62,517 nt of DNA from Candidatus Shapirobacteria bacterium (GCA_027039485.1 JALWDZ010000016.1:1-62517); one strand, 5' to 3'; counted from the stretch's first letter, positions 1-9,334 are shown. Translations and numbers: made by a program. The notes: generated from the letters alone by a model not told the origin.

Positions 1-107
1 ATAAATCTCCCAGCCGGCCTTAGAAAAAATCTGGAAAACTTTTTTTATTTCTGGCGGCAAGGTAATTGTTGGCAAGCTTTTTCTCATACTGAATTATATA
101 ATAGGTT

Positions 108-1772
108 ATGGCAAATTACCGCTGGCATTTGTTGACGAAGACAATTATTGGTGCCGAAAATCGCCAAGAACTAATAAAAACCCTCCTTCGTAATCGGGGG
201 TTGGAAAACGATAAGGCTTTCTTTTCGCCTCTCCATCCGGGTAAATTTTCTCTTGCTGATCTTGGGGTCGATAACCAGATGGCCGAGAAAAGTTATGCCC
301 GGCTGAATGAGGCCCGGCGGCGGAAAGAAGAAATCGTAGTTTTCGGCGATTACGATGTTGATGGTTTTGTTTCTACAGCTTTGGTTTGGGAAAATTTTTA
401 TCACCACGGATGGCATATTTTGCCAGCTTTACCGCACCGTTTACGAGACGGTTACGGCTTGCGCCCTGAGACAGTCCATCGCCTAAAAGACCAATATCCC
501 CGCCTTAAACTTTTATTGACGGTCGATAACGGCATCAGCGCTTTTGCGGCTGTCAAAGAAGCTAAAAAGTTGGGCCTAGATGTAATTGTTCTCGATCACC
601 ATCTTCGTTTGGGCAAGCAAAAGTTAGCCGCCGATGCCATTATCCATTCAGAGATGGTCTCCGCTGGCGGCTTGGCTTGGTTTTGGCTTCGCCATTGGTT
701 CCAGCCTGATTTGGGCCTTGCCGCCCTTTCGACTATTTCTGATGTTATGCCTTTGCGGGGAGTGAACCGTTCTCTGGTAAAATTTGGCCTGCCGATTTTG
801 GCGGCTACCAAGCGGGTTGGTTTGCGCCAGCTTTTCGAACGGGCTGGGGTGCGTTTTCCTCTCGACACTTATCAGGTGGGTTTTATTATTGCTCCCCGCC
901 TGAATGCTTTTGGGCGCATTGCCGAGCCTTTAGACGCTTTGCGCCTGCTATGCACCCAAAGGTTACCCCGGGGATCAGCATTAGCCCATTTAGCCAATGA
1001 GATAAATAGCCAGCGCCAACAGATGGTTGTCAATGGGCTGGAAAAGGCCCGGCAACAAATTGGCGAACCAACGGAGAAACTATTGGTGGTAGCCGACAAA
1101 GGCTACCATCGAGGCATTTTGGGTTTAATTTCGGCCCGGTTGCTAGAAACTTTTGCCCGGCCAGTTTTGGCAATTCAAATAGGCGAAGAAGTGTCTCATG
1201 GATCGGCCCGATCGGTAGATGGCGTTGATATTACCCGCCTTTTACAGCGAGCGGGCGATTTGCTCTTGGAAGTGGGCGGTCATGAAAAAGCAGCCGGTTT
1301 TAGCCTCCTTACGAAAAACCTGGCGCGTTTTCGCCGGACGGTACAAGAGGTAGCCGCAAATGAGATCGACGAAAAATTTTTGCGCCTAGAAAAGAAAGTT
1401 GACTGTCGCCTCAAGGGTGAAATCATTGACCTAGAACTGGCTAAATTAATTGAGGCAATGGCCCCGTTTGGAGAAGGGAACCCCCAGCCGTTATTTTGGT
1501 GGTCGGCGCGGGTGGCTAGTGTGGAAACAGTGGGACAAAAGAGGCAGCACCTTAAATTACAGCTCTTTGACCCTCAAGTTCCTTTGGAGAAGAGGCGCTA
1601 TTTGAAAACTTTGGGTTTTGGCTTGGGCGATAGGGCGGCTAATATCATCCCCGGTGACACTTTAGATATTCTTTTTACTCCTAAAGTCGATCGTTGGCAG
1701 CAGCGGGAAACGCTAACGCTTTACATTCGCGACTTACGGTTATCAAAGAAACAACTAATAACAAACAACTAA
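108..1772 (+). CDS. recJ: Single-stranded-DNA-specific exonuclease RecJ (DHH/DHHA1 family)
   Basis: 554-aa ORF with DHH-family motifs in RecJ order: GDYDVDG, TVDNG, VLDHH, and C-terminal GGHEKAAGF (DHHA1). Confidence 0.9.
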   Translation: MANYRWHLLTKTIIGAENRQELIKTLLRNRGLENDKAFFSPLHPGKFSLADLGVDNQMAEKSYARLNEARRRKEEIVVFGDYDVDGFVSTALVWENFYHHGWHILPALPHRLRDGYGLRPETVHRLKDQYPRLKLLLTVDNGISAFAAVKEAKKLGLDVIVLDHHLRLGKQKLAADAIIHSEMVSAGGLAWFWLRHWFQPDLGLAALSTISDVMPLRGVNRSLVKFGLPILAATKRVGLRQLFERAGVRFPLDTYQVGFIIAPRLNAFGRIAEPLDALRLLCTQRLPRGSALAHLANEINSQRQQMVVNGLEKARQQIGEPTEKLLVVADKGYHRGILGLISARLLETFARPVLAIQIGEEVSHGSARSVDGVDITRLLQRAGDLLLEVGGHEKAAGFSLLTKNLARFRRTVQEVAANEIDEKFLRLEKKVDCRLKGEIIDLELAKLIEAMAPFGEGNPQPLFWWSARVASVETVGQKRQHLKLQLFDPQVPLEKRRYLKTLGFGLGDRAANIIPGDTLDILFTPKVDRWQQRETLTLYIRDLRLSKKQLITNN

Positions 1773-1787
1773 CAACAAACAACAGAG

Positions 1788-2102
1788 TGGAACTAGGAAC
1801 TAGGAGCTAGGAACTAGGAAAAATAAGCACTAAATCCCAAACCACAAATTTCAAACAAATTCTAATTACCAAAATCCTAAATCCTAAACTCTAAACAATG
1901 TTCAAATGACCAAAATTCAAATGTTCAAAACATTTTTGTCATCTTTCTTTTGTTTTGGTCATTTAGTCATTTGGTAATTTGGTTATTGTTTAGGATTTAG
2001 GTCATTAGGATTTAGGATTTGTTTGGTTATTGGTGCTTGCCTGCCTGCGCAGGCAGGGAATTTGGAATTTGCCCCGATTCCGCCAGCTGGCGGACGTCGG
2101 GG
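1788..2102. repeat. Long low-complexity imperfect hairpin element, copy A, with appended GC-rich hairpin modules
   Basis: The left arm (…aatcctaaatcctaaactctaaacaatgttcaaatgaccaaaattcaaatg…) is mirrored by the right arm (…catttggtaatttggttattgtttaggatttagg…). It begins with a 31-nt string (1788-1818) identical to 20505-20535. It ends with an 18-nt perfect palindrome cctgcctgcgcaggcagg (2040-2057) and the hairpin ccccga..ccgccagctggcgg..tcgggg (2072-2102). Confidence 0.75.
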
Positions 2103-2159
2103 CAAGGTACTTAGAATTTTGTTTGTTTTATGGTTGTTTTCGGTGGTAAAATTGCTCAT

Positions 2160-3521
2160 ATGAAACGCATCTGGGTTGAACAAATAAAAGATCGCTTGGG
2201 CAAAAAAGTTCTCCTTAAGGGCTGGGTGATAGCCAAAAGGGACCACGGCGGGGTAGTTTTTTTAGATCTCCAAGACCGAAGCGGACAAGTCCAGCTGGTT
2301 GGCGGCAAAACCCTGAGCCAATACAATGAAAGCGATGTTTTAGCAGTTGTGGGGACAGTCAAAAAACGTGATCCGCGTTTTGTGAATCCTAAAATAACTA
2401 CCGGAAAGTATGAAATTGCTGTCGAGAAAATTGACCGTTTGGCAAAAAGCGAGCCGTTACCGTTTGATATCCGGGGTGATGGCTATGATATTAAAGAGGA
2501 GGTTCGCTTGCGTTATCGCTATTTGGATCTCCGCCGGCCCCGATTACGGCGCAATCTTCAATTGCGCCATCAGGTAGAACAGCTTTTTCGCCAGCAACTT
2601 TCGCAGCGGGATTTTTGGGAGATAGAGACTCCTTATTTAAGCAAGGCAACGCCAGAGGGAGCCCGGGATTTTTTGGTTCCGTCGCGCCTCCAGCCAGGTA
2701 AATTTTACGCCCTCCCCCAGTCGCCGCAGCAATATAAGCAGTTGTTGATGGTTGCCGGGGTGGAAAGATATTTTCAAATTGTACGTTGTTTTCGGGATGA
2801 GGATTTGCGAGCTGACCGCCAATTTGAATTTACCCAGGTAGATGTTGAGATGTCGTTTGTTACCCGCGATGATGTTTTGGCGACCATTGAAGAAGTAGTT
2901 GTGGCGGTGATGAAAGCTTTAGGGCGAAAGATTAGTCAAGTGCCATTCCCGCGCATTTCCTATCAAGAGGCAATGCGCCGTTTTGGCAGTGATAAATTTG
3001 ATTTGCGCAAGAATAAAAAAAGTGACGAACTGGCTTTTGCCTGGGTAGTTGATTTTCCTCTTTTCGAAAAGACCGAAGACCGAGATATTAGTCCGGTCCA
3101 TCATCCTTTTACCGCACCCCATCCTGAGGACATTCCTCTTTTAGATAAGCAGCCTTTACGGGTGCGTTCTTGGCAATACGACTTGGTTTGTAATGGCCAC
3201 GAAGTGGCGGGGGGAAGCATTCGAATTACTGATCCGCAATTGCAAGCCAAAATTTTTCGCATTTTAGGCCATTCCCAGAAAGAAATCCAAACTAAGTTTG
3301 GGCACCTTTTAAATGCTTTTCGTTATGGTGTTCCTCCTCATGGAGGCATTGCTTTTGGGCTGGATCGCTTATTGGCCATTTTGGCCGGCGAGGATAAAAT
3401 TCGCGAGGTTATTGCTTTTCCAATGACCGCTAAAGGGCGGACGGCAGTTATGGATGCCCCTTCGCCAGTTAGCCAAGCGCAACTCCGCGAGTTAGGGCTT
3501 CAATTAACTAAAAAGTCCTAA
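2160..3521 (+). CDS. aspS: Aspartyl-tRNA synthetase, bacterial-type class II core lacking the GAD insertion domain
   Basis: N-terminal OB fold; motif 2 FRDEDLRADRQFEFTQVDVEMSF; motif 3 GGIAFGLDRL. The start is taken as ATG 2160 (MKRIWVEQ); the track ORF opens at 2130. About 453 aa, against about 590 aa for GAD-containing bacterial AspRS. Confidence 0.9.
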   Translation: MKRIWVEQIKDRLGKKVLLKGWVIAKRDHGGVVFLDLQDRSGQVQLVGGKTLSQYNESDVLAVVGTVKKRDPRFVNPKITTGKYEIAVEKIDRLAKSEPLPFDIRGDGYDIKEEVRLRYRYLDLRRPRLRRNLQLRHQVEQLFRQQLSQRDFWEIETPYLSKATPEGARDFLVPSRLQPGKFYALPQSPQQYKQLLMVAGVERYFQIVRCFRDEDLRADRQFEFTQVDVEMSFVTRDDVLATIEEVVVAVMKALGRKISQVPFPRISYQEAMRRFGSDKFDLRKNKKSDELAFAWVVDFPLFEKTEDRDISPVHHPFTAPHPEDIPLLDKQPLRVRSWQYDLVCNGHEVAGGSIRITDPQLQAKIFRILGHSQKEIQTKFGHLLNAFRYGVPPHGGIAFGLDRLLAILAGEDKIREVIAFPMTAKGRTAVMDAPSPVSQAQLRELGLQLTKKS

Positions 3522-4387
3522 TGATAGGAAGAATATTAGCCTTGGTTTTTCTAGGCCTTAGCTGGTTTCCCCAAAGACATTATTCCCAACCTCATTGGCA
3601 ACCAGCCCCTTTAGCTCTTTCCCGCCAACAAATTGATGGCCATTTAAAAGCAAAAGCTTATCTTTTAATGGATTACCGATCAGGCCAATGGCTGGTTGCC
3701 CATCACCCTCACCAAAAACTTTTGCCTGCTTCGCTAACAAAATTGGTTACCGCTTTGGTGGTGCGGCAATATTTTCCTCTTGACGAAAAGTTAGAAGTCA
3801 GCCGCCCGTATCAAGTTGGCCAAATAGCCCGCTTGCCGGCTGGCCATATTTTTCGGGTGAGAGACTTGCTGAAAGCGATGCTGATCCATTCTGCTAATGA
3901 TGCCGCTTTTGTTTTTGCTGATAGTTATCGGCAGCAAACTGGCAAAGATTTTGTGGGCTTAATGAACCAATGGCTTCGGGACCATGGGTTAACAGAAACT
4001 CATTTTGCTAATTTTGACGGCGAAGAAGACGCTGCCCACTATTCTACCGTGGCCGATTTAGCTAAAATTGGCCGACTTTTTCTAGCTGATGAGTTTTTAG
4101 CTAGCTTGGTAAAGCAAAAAGAAGCAATATTTTTCGACAGCCAGGGCCAGCGGTACGAGTTAGAAACTACCGACAAGCTCTTGGGCATGCCTGGTTTTCA
4201 AGGGGTAAAAACGGGCTGGACAGAAAAGGCCGGCGAATGCTTTTTGGCTTATTATGTTCCCAGCAAACAACCGGCTTTAATAAGTGTAGTTTTGCATAGT
4301 CCAGACCGATTTAAAGAGACGCAAGAATTGGTCAGTTGGCGGCATAATTTTACTTGGCAGGTGCCGCTTCCAGGAAGTCGGGGCTAA
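3521..4387 (+). CDS. D-alanyl-D-alanine carboxypeptidase (serine peptidase S11, PBP5-like)
   Basis: N-terminal hydrophobic segment; SxxK (ASLTKL), SxN (HSANDAA) and KTG (VKTGWT) boxes in canonical order. ATGA overlap with the aspS stop. Confidence 0.85.
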   Translation: MIGRILALVFLGLSWFPQRHYSQPHWQPAPLALSRQQIDGHLKAKAYLLMDYRSGQWLVAHHPHQKLLPASLTKLVTALVVRQYFPLDEKLEVSRPYQVGQIARLPAGHIFRVRDLLKAMLIHSANDAAFVFADSYRQQTGKDFVGLMNQWLRDHGLTETHFANFDGEEDAAHYSTVADLAKIGRLFLADEFLASLVKQKEAIFFDSQGQRYELETTDKLLGMPGFQGVKTGWTEKAGECFLAYYVPSKQPALISVVLHSPDRFKETQELVSWRHNFTWQVPLPGSRG

Positions 4388-5420
4388 TTGCTTCGACGTA
4401 ACCAACAAAGTTGTGGCTACCGGCAAAAACATAAATAGGCTTAAGAAAATTAGTGGCGTAATTGGGGTCAAGATAAGCAAGATAAATTTTGTGGATTTTT
4501 ATTGGCTCTTGGCTTGGGGCATAATTGGCATCAAGATTGGCAAGATGATAGTGCCCTTTTTGGACTTCTGCCCAGGCTTGAGCTAGAGGGAGAAACGGGT
4601 AGGTGGCATATTTTTCCTTATCTATTGTGAAGTGGACAAATTTAACCTCGACGACATTGCGACTGCCATTGCCACTGACCCAGATATTAATATTGGGGTC
4701 TTGCCAGTTGGGAGGGAGAAGGGGCCATTTGTCAATAGCTTGGCGGTGGAAGCTGACGCGGGCTAGATTAGCATCGGCAAGGGCGTGAGCCGGCCGGAGG
4801 CCTTGGGCAGTTAATTTATAAAAGGCCACATCACCAGGCTGGACGAGATCTAATGGCTTTCCAATTAAGTTTTTGAGGTAAGAATAGGCGGTATCTTGAA
4901 TTTGCTGTAAGTTTGGCGGCAAAAGTTGAGTCATTATTGTTTGGTCCTGCTGAAACGGATATTGGTAATGGAAATTGCCTGTCAAGGGGTTTATGGTCAG
5001 CGTTTCTCCGGTTTTTGCCTGGCGATAATAGAGAAGATTTTTGTTGGTTTGGCTTGGCGTTTGGCTAAAACCAAGCTTGCGGGCTAGCTCGTTAGCTTTA
5101 TCAAAAGCCAAAAGGCGGGATTGTTGAGCAATGACAAAGTAAACTCGCCCTTGGTTAGGCAACCGAGGAAGACCACCGCTAACGGTTTCTAGTTGGAATT
5201 TCTGGGGATGCACTTTAGGCTCTTGGAATTTGGTTCGGGGGAGGGTGCCAAAAGCAACATTAGGCGGCGGAGGAGCGGGAGGATGAGCCCGCCGCCAAGT
5301 TTGGTAAACTATTCCCCAGGTTACTCGAAAGAGCAAAAAGCCGACTAGTAGAAAGCCGCTGATTTTGATTGCCCGCCGTGTCCAAAAGGCAACGATTGTT
5401 AGATTGGGCCCGCTATCCAT
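4350..5420 (-). CDS. Hypothetical membrane-anchored protein
   Basis: 356-aa ORF with one N-terminal TM (ISGFLLVGFLLFRVTWGIVY) followed by a Pro-rich stretch. No family recognised. The 3' end overlaps the convergent dacA-like gene by 38 nt. Confidence 0.5.
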   Translation of the reverse strand: MDSGPNLTIVAFWTRRAIKISGFLLVGFLLFRVTWGIVYQTWRRAHPPAPPPPNVAFGTLPRTKFQEPKVHPQKFQLETVSGGLPRLPNQGRVYFVIAQQSRLLAFDKANELARKLGFSQTPSQTNKNLLYYRQAKTGETLTINPLTGNFHYQYPFQQDQTIMTQLLPPNLQQIQDTAYSYLKNLIGKPLDLVQPGDVAFYKLTAQGLRPAHALADANLARVSFHRQAIDKWPLLPPNWQDPNINIWVSGNGSRNVVEVKFVHFTIDKEKYATYPFLPLAQAWAEVQKGHYHLANLDANYAPSQEPIKIHKIYLAYLDPNYATNFLKPIYVFAGSHNFVGYVEAISPDFLEAAPAK

Positions 5421-5455
5421 TTATTTCAGTATAGCATTTAGGGTAAAATAGAAAA

Positions 5456-6745
5456 ATGAAGCCGGTTATTCTTTCTTTCCCGCGGACTATTTACCAATTA
5501 GAAGGCGAAAACTCTTTTCTTGATCCGTGGACATCGTTGAATACAAAAGTCACCTATCAGCACCTGCGCCGCGAAATACTTTTTGCCATTGCTAGAGACG
5601 GAGAGCGTTTTATTTTGCAAGAACCACCTTTAACAGAAAAAAATGTCCTGCGCCATTGGCTTCTAGTGCTTCCCCGGCGAGCCTATACTTTACCTAAGTA
5701 CCCCCACTTTCAACTTTGGTATTTGAGCAAATATTTTACTCCCACCTTAGCACTTTTGCCGAAAGAACAATTGTCCACTTTACCAATTATTATTCATGCT
5801 CTCCAGCAAGCAATTCTTAATTGGCAACGAGATCAAAATTTGCCAGGGCAATTCGTTTTTGGCATTAATGCGACCCCATTTGCCTTTATTAAAAGGAAAG
5901 ATGGCAGTTATTGGCCTGGTGGCCAATCAGTACGAGCGTTTCACCTCTCCTGTTTGCTTTTGCCAGGAAGGGAGTTGATGCAAAAAGAAGCGTTGGCGGA
6001 AAACCGCTTGGGGTTAGTTTACCCCTCTGATTTTGCCTTAAATATTTTAAAATTTTGGTTTCACCTTCCTAATTTGCATGGTTTTATTTTGGGCAATAAG
6101 CCTTACCGCTATCTGTTTACTCGCCGCGGTTTAGTGTTCAAATTTTCTGGTACTAGTAATGGGGGATTAAAGGAAATATTGGCTCTTTTGCGCCGTTTCG
6201 ATCAAATTGCTTACCAGGTGGAGCTTATCTTAATTCGCTCTATGTATAAAGAAAGTGAACATTTTTTGGAAAAGCTAGAAACACTTTTAATTGCTGCTGA
6301 TATAAATGCGTTGGAAAAAGCTCGCCGGCTCCACCTCCGTTTTACCGGCAATTCCCCCTTATTAGCTCTAGAAAAAATTTGGGCTGGCCTTCAAAAGCTT
6401 GATGTGGCTTATGGCCGCCGCCGGCAACTGGCGCCCCGTTTGCGGCGACAGTGGAAGCGGGTAACCTCAAGTTTGTTCCTCAATGACCAGAAAGAGCCGG
6501 CATCGCTGATCAATAATATCACGGTGGTGTTGCGGCCCGGCATGGGCTATGGTTATTTGCAAGAAGCAACCCGAAAAGAGCGCCGGGTTTGGATTATGCC
6601 TCTAGATACTCTCTCTCCCAAAGGGATTATCGAGGCGCGCGGCTTTTCCTTTTCCCGGATAATTACTCAGCACCAGCGGCCGGTTTGGCTCGAGCCTTTA
6701 AAGAAAGACATCAAAAGGCTACTTTTGCCACCAAGCGCTAGCTGA
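5456..6745 (+). CDS. Hypothetical protein with a possible degenerate HIT-like N-terminal region
   Basis: 429-aa ORF. RHWLLVLPRRAY and GGQSVRAFHLSCLLLPG resemble the HxLVIPK and HxHxHxx strands of the genuine HIT protein at 40964 (GHTLVIPKKHY / VPHAHIHLFP), but the histidine triad is mostly lost. This is a weak, by-eye similarity. Confidence 0.45.
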   Translation: MKPVILSFPRTIYQLEGENSFLDPWTSLNTKVTYQHLRREILFAIARDGERFILQEPPLTEKNVLRHWLLVLPRRAYTLPKYPHFQLWYLSKYFTPTLALLPKEQLSTLPIIIHALQQAILNWQRDQNLPGQFVFGINATPFAFIKRKDGSYWPGGQSVRAFHLSCLLLPGRELMQKEALAENRLGLVYPSDFALNILKFWFHLPNLHGFILGNKPYRYLFTRRGLVFKFSGTSNGGLKEILALLRRFDQIAYQVELILIRSMYKESEHFLEKLETLLIAADINALEKARRLHLRFTGNSPLLALEKIWAGLQKLDVAYGRRRQLAPRLRRQWKRVTSSLFLNDQKEPASLINNITVVLRPGMGYGYLQEATRKERRVWIMPLDTLSPKGIIEARGFSFSRIITQHQRPVWLEPLKKDIKRLLLPPSAS

Positions 6746-7258
6746 AGCTGGTGGTGAAAAGAAAACAGGCACCAGCAAAATTTTGTTTTGGTAATGGATA
6801 AAAGTGCCGCCCCGTTCGGCCGAAGTTTTTCCTAAAGTAAAAGTAATTTTTTGCTTGGGGCCAGCAAAGACAACCTGAAGGGATGGCGAGGCTTGGTAAG
6901 AAGTAAAGTCTTTATTTTGGCTAATGAGGTCAGCCTGGGCCAAGTTTTCGCCAATATCCAGAAGACTGTTGATATAGTTAAGATTGGCGCTGCTAGTGGC
7001 TAGGGGGCTAATTATTTGCCAATGGTGCTTTTTTTGAACGATTTTGACTAGAATGTTGTTGGGATAGGCAATTTGTAGCTCAGTAACAGCTTGGCGATTG
7101 ATAGTGGGGAGGGAGAAAGGGGGGCGTTGCCGATAACGCCACCAACCCAAAAAAAGCAAAAGAAGAAGACCGACAAAAATAGCCGCATCGAGGAGGTTAA
7201 TTTTTTTGGCCACGTCGATAATGCCACCAAACCAATAAGCCGGTGAGAATAATGACAA
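6719..7258 (-). CDS. Hypothetical membrane-anchored protein, last gene of the GldG-type ABC operon (DUF4340-like position)
   Basis: 179-aa ORF with an N-terminal TM, located immediately downstream of the GldG-like gene. An alternative GTG start at 7213 would reduce the 62-nt overlap to 17 nt. Confidence 0.45.
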   Translation of the reverse strand: MSLFSPAYWFGGIIDVAKKINLLDAAIFVGLLLLLFLGWWRYRQRPPFSLPTINRQAVTELQIAYPNNILVKIVQKKHHWQIISPLATSSANLNYINSLLDIGENLAQADLISQNKDFTSYQASPSLQVVFAGPKQKITFTLGKTSAERGGTFIHYQNKILLVPVFFSPPASASAWWQK

Positions 7259-8627
7259 GGCTGGGAAGGGCTAGGCTAAGGGCGGCGAGAAGATAGTAAT
7301 TAGCGGAGGTCAGCGGTGGTAAGGGGCGACTAAGGAGGAGTTTGTTGCGCAGTTTGGCTAGCTGGGGGTTATTGCTAACTAAATCGACTAAATCTAAGAA
7401 AAAGGCAAGATTTTCAGGATGGTGGTAAAGGTTTTGGTTCTTAATGAAATCGCTGTCGGCAATTACCGCTAAGCGGCCGGGCTGGTCCCGGTAACCGCCG
7501 AGAACAAATTGTCCCAATTGGTCAGTCTGAGGCACGCTAGTCGGCAAAAGATTATTTGGACTGGCCAGCCAGGCTTGCTTGTCGCTTCGGACCAACCAGT
7601 CAGCCCCTTGATTGAGGGTGATAGGAGTAGCCCAGAAGAAGGTGGTTTTCTGGCTACCGGCTAAGGGAGCATAACGATGATTAATATTTCCTCGGTCAAT
7701 AATGGGCCAAAAGGAATAGAGGGTTAAAAGGGATTGCCCCTGAGAGTTTTGGAAATTAGCAAGGGCAGCATGGCGGCTGGCCACAAATTTTTTTTCTTGG
7801 AAATCAAAGCCTTGTTTTTTTAGCCAATCAGTTAAATTAGTTTTGTTAAGTTGGGGATAAAGCTGGTTGTTAATTTGGTATTTATCAAAAAGAATTAAAA
7901 CGCCGCCGCCTGATTGAAAAAAGGCGGTAAGATTCTTTTGAGACTCGGCTGAAAAGTCAGCCTGGGGATTTATAATCAGCAATGTCTTGATATCGGCTAG
8001 AGGTGGCTGATTTAAACTTACTAATTGGGGAGTGGCAAATTGTTGGAGAGATTTCCAGGCGATGGATAGGTTAAGTGGTTGGGCCGTTTGACCGTCGGTT
8101 ACCCAGCCGAGAGTATTTTTGTTTTTTTGCGTCAATTTGGCAATAGTCGCGGTAAGGCTATATTCGGGGTTGTTAAGGAGTTGTTCTAGAGGAATTACCT
8201 GCTCGCGGTCACGGTAGCTAGCACTGAGGGCAAAATAACCTTGGGTGACTTGGAGTTGATTTTGGTTGATGGCCGAAAATTGCAAGGGGGTAATCCCCAG
8301 GTGATCGGCTATTTGGCGCGCTTGGGAGTCCTTGGTAGGATCGAGGATTTTGATTTGAATTTTGGGATTAAGCTGGCGATAACGGTTGAGGAAAGTTAAC
8401 AGGCGTTGCCGGGGAGTCAAAAATTGGGGAGGGAGTTTTGCCGAGAGAAAAAATTTGATGGTAACAATATCGTCGAGGCGAGACAAGATATCTTTCGTTA
8501 CCGGTGAAAGAGAATAAAAGCGGTTGGCAGTTAGGTCGAGCTGAAAAGGTGCCGAAGACGCCAGAACATTAAGGCCCAAAAGGAGAAATAACAAAATGGC
8601 ATATTTTAGGTTTTTGACGGTTTTCAT
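7197..8627 (-). CDS. ABC-transporter auxiliary component, GldG-like
   Basis: 476-aa ORF with an N-terminal signal/TM and a C-terminal TM (LLAALSLALPSLVIILTGLLVWW). It is translationally coupled downstream of an ABC-2 permease and ATPase, which is the typical GldA/GldF/GldG gene order. Confidence 0.55.
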   Translation of the reverse strand: MKTVKNLKYAILLFLLLGLNVLASSAPFQLDLTANRFYSLSPVTKDILSRLDDIVTIKFFLSAKLPPQFLTPRQRLLTFLNRYRQLNPKIQIKILDPTKDSQARQIADHLGITPLQFSAINQNQLQVTQGYFALSASYRDREQVIPLEQLLNNPEYSLTATIAKLTQKNKNTLGWVTDGQTAQPLNLSIAWKSLQQFATPQLVSLNQPPLADIKTLLIINPQADFSAESQKNLTAFFQSGGGVLILFDKYQINNQLYPQLNKTNLTDWLKKQGFDFQEKKFVASRHAALANFQNSQGQSLLTLYSFWPIIDRGNINHRYAPLAGSQKTTFFWATPITLNQGADWLVRSDKQAWLASPNNLLPTSVPQTDQLGQFVLGGYRDQPGRLAVIADSDFIKNQNLYHHPENLAFFLDLVDLVSNNPQLAKLRNKLLLSRPLPPLTSANYYLLAALSLALPSLVIILTGLLVWWHYRRGQKN

Positions 8628-9334
8628 TGGCGGCGACTTTCCTGAATAATAACTGTGGCTAGCCAGAAGAAAATCAGCCAGGTGAGAAAGAAAAGGGCGT
8701 CGGCCAGAGTCAAGAGGCCGGCGGTAAAATGCTGGTAATGGGTTTGCAAGCTAAGATAAGTTAGCCAGGGGCCTAATTTGGGGAAATGAAGAAGGAGAAA
8801 TTCTTGGCTTAGCAAGTCGTCGCCGAGGAGAAAAAGGAAACCAAGAAAGAAGCCGGCTAAATTGTGACGGCTAAGAGTGGCGAAGAAGAAGCTGGCTAGG
8901 AGATAGGCTAGGAGAAGGAGGCTGGCGGCAAAATAGCCTCCTAGAACAACGCCTTTATCAGGTGAGGCAAGCCAGAAAAGCCCAGCGGCTAGGGGGAAGC
9001 TAAAAAGGATAATGATAAAAAGGAGGCTAAAAGCAGCGGTAATTTTGGCCCCCAGGACAAATGGTTCAGAAAGGGGAAGGCTCTTAAGAATTTCCTGGCG
9101 GTTGTTTTGCCTTTCCTCGTTAATCAAAACAAGAGCTGTTAAAGGGGCAAGAAAGAGAAAGAAAAAAGGCAGATTTTGCCAGAGAGGTTGGAGAGTGGCA
9201 ACTTGGTTAAGTAAGATAGCATTAAAGGAAAGCCAATTATTGAGGAGGACGGCTAATAAAAGAAAGAGAAATGTTAAGGGCTGGCGGATAAGAAAAAGCA
9301 TTTCTTTCTGGTAAAAGGCCAAAAAGCGCTTCAT
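8624..9334 (-). CDS. ABC-2 type transporter permease (GldF-like)
   Basis: 236-aa polytopic hydrophobic ORF whose start and stop both overlap the neighbouring genes. Confidence 0.65.
   Translation of the reverse strand: MKRFLAFYQKEMLFLIRQPLTFLFLLLAVLLNNWLSFNAILLNQVATLQPLWQNLPFFFLFLAPLTALVLINEERQNNRQEILKSLPLSEPFVLGAKITAAFSLLFIIILFSFPLAAGLFWLASPDKGVVLGGYFAASLLLLAYLLASFFFATLSRHNLAGFFLGFLFLLGDDLLSQEFLLLHFPKLGPWLTYLSLQTHYQHFTAGLLTLADALFFLTWLIFFWLATVIIQESRRQ

Noticed and set aside
1788-2102. Possible CRISPR arrays in the repetitive intergenic regions (also 14487-14731, 20457-20780 and 37063-37301).
   Set aside because: The repeat units are 5-10 nt, degenerate and contiguous, with no unique spacers of 25-40 nt between them. 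The overall symmetry is inverted (hairpin) rather than direct. No cas genes are present in the window.
1983-2246. ORFs lying in the repeat elements or over tRNA genes: 1983..2246(-), 36899..37087(-), 36981..37169(+) and 39211..39414(-).
   Set aside because: Their translations are low-complexity read-throughs of the repeats (…ILNPNDLNPKQ…) or overlap the tRNA-Pro gene. They have no SD or promoter context.
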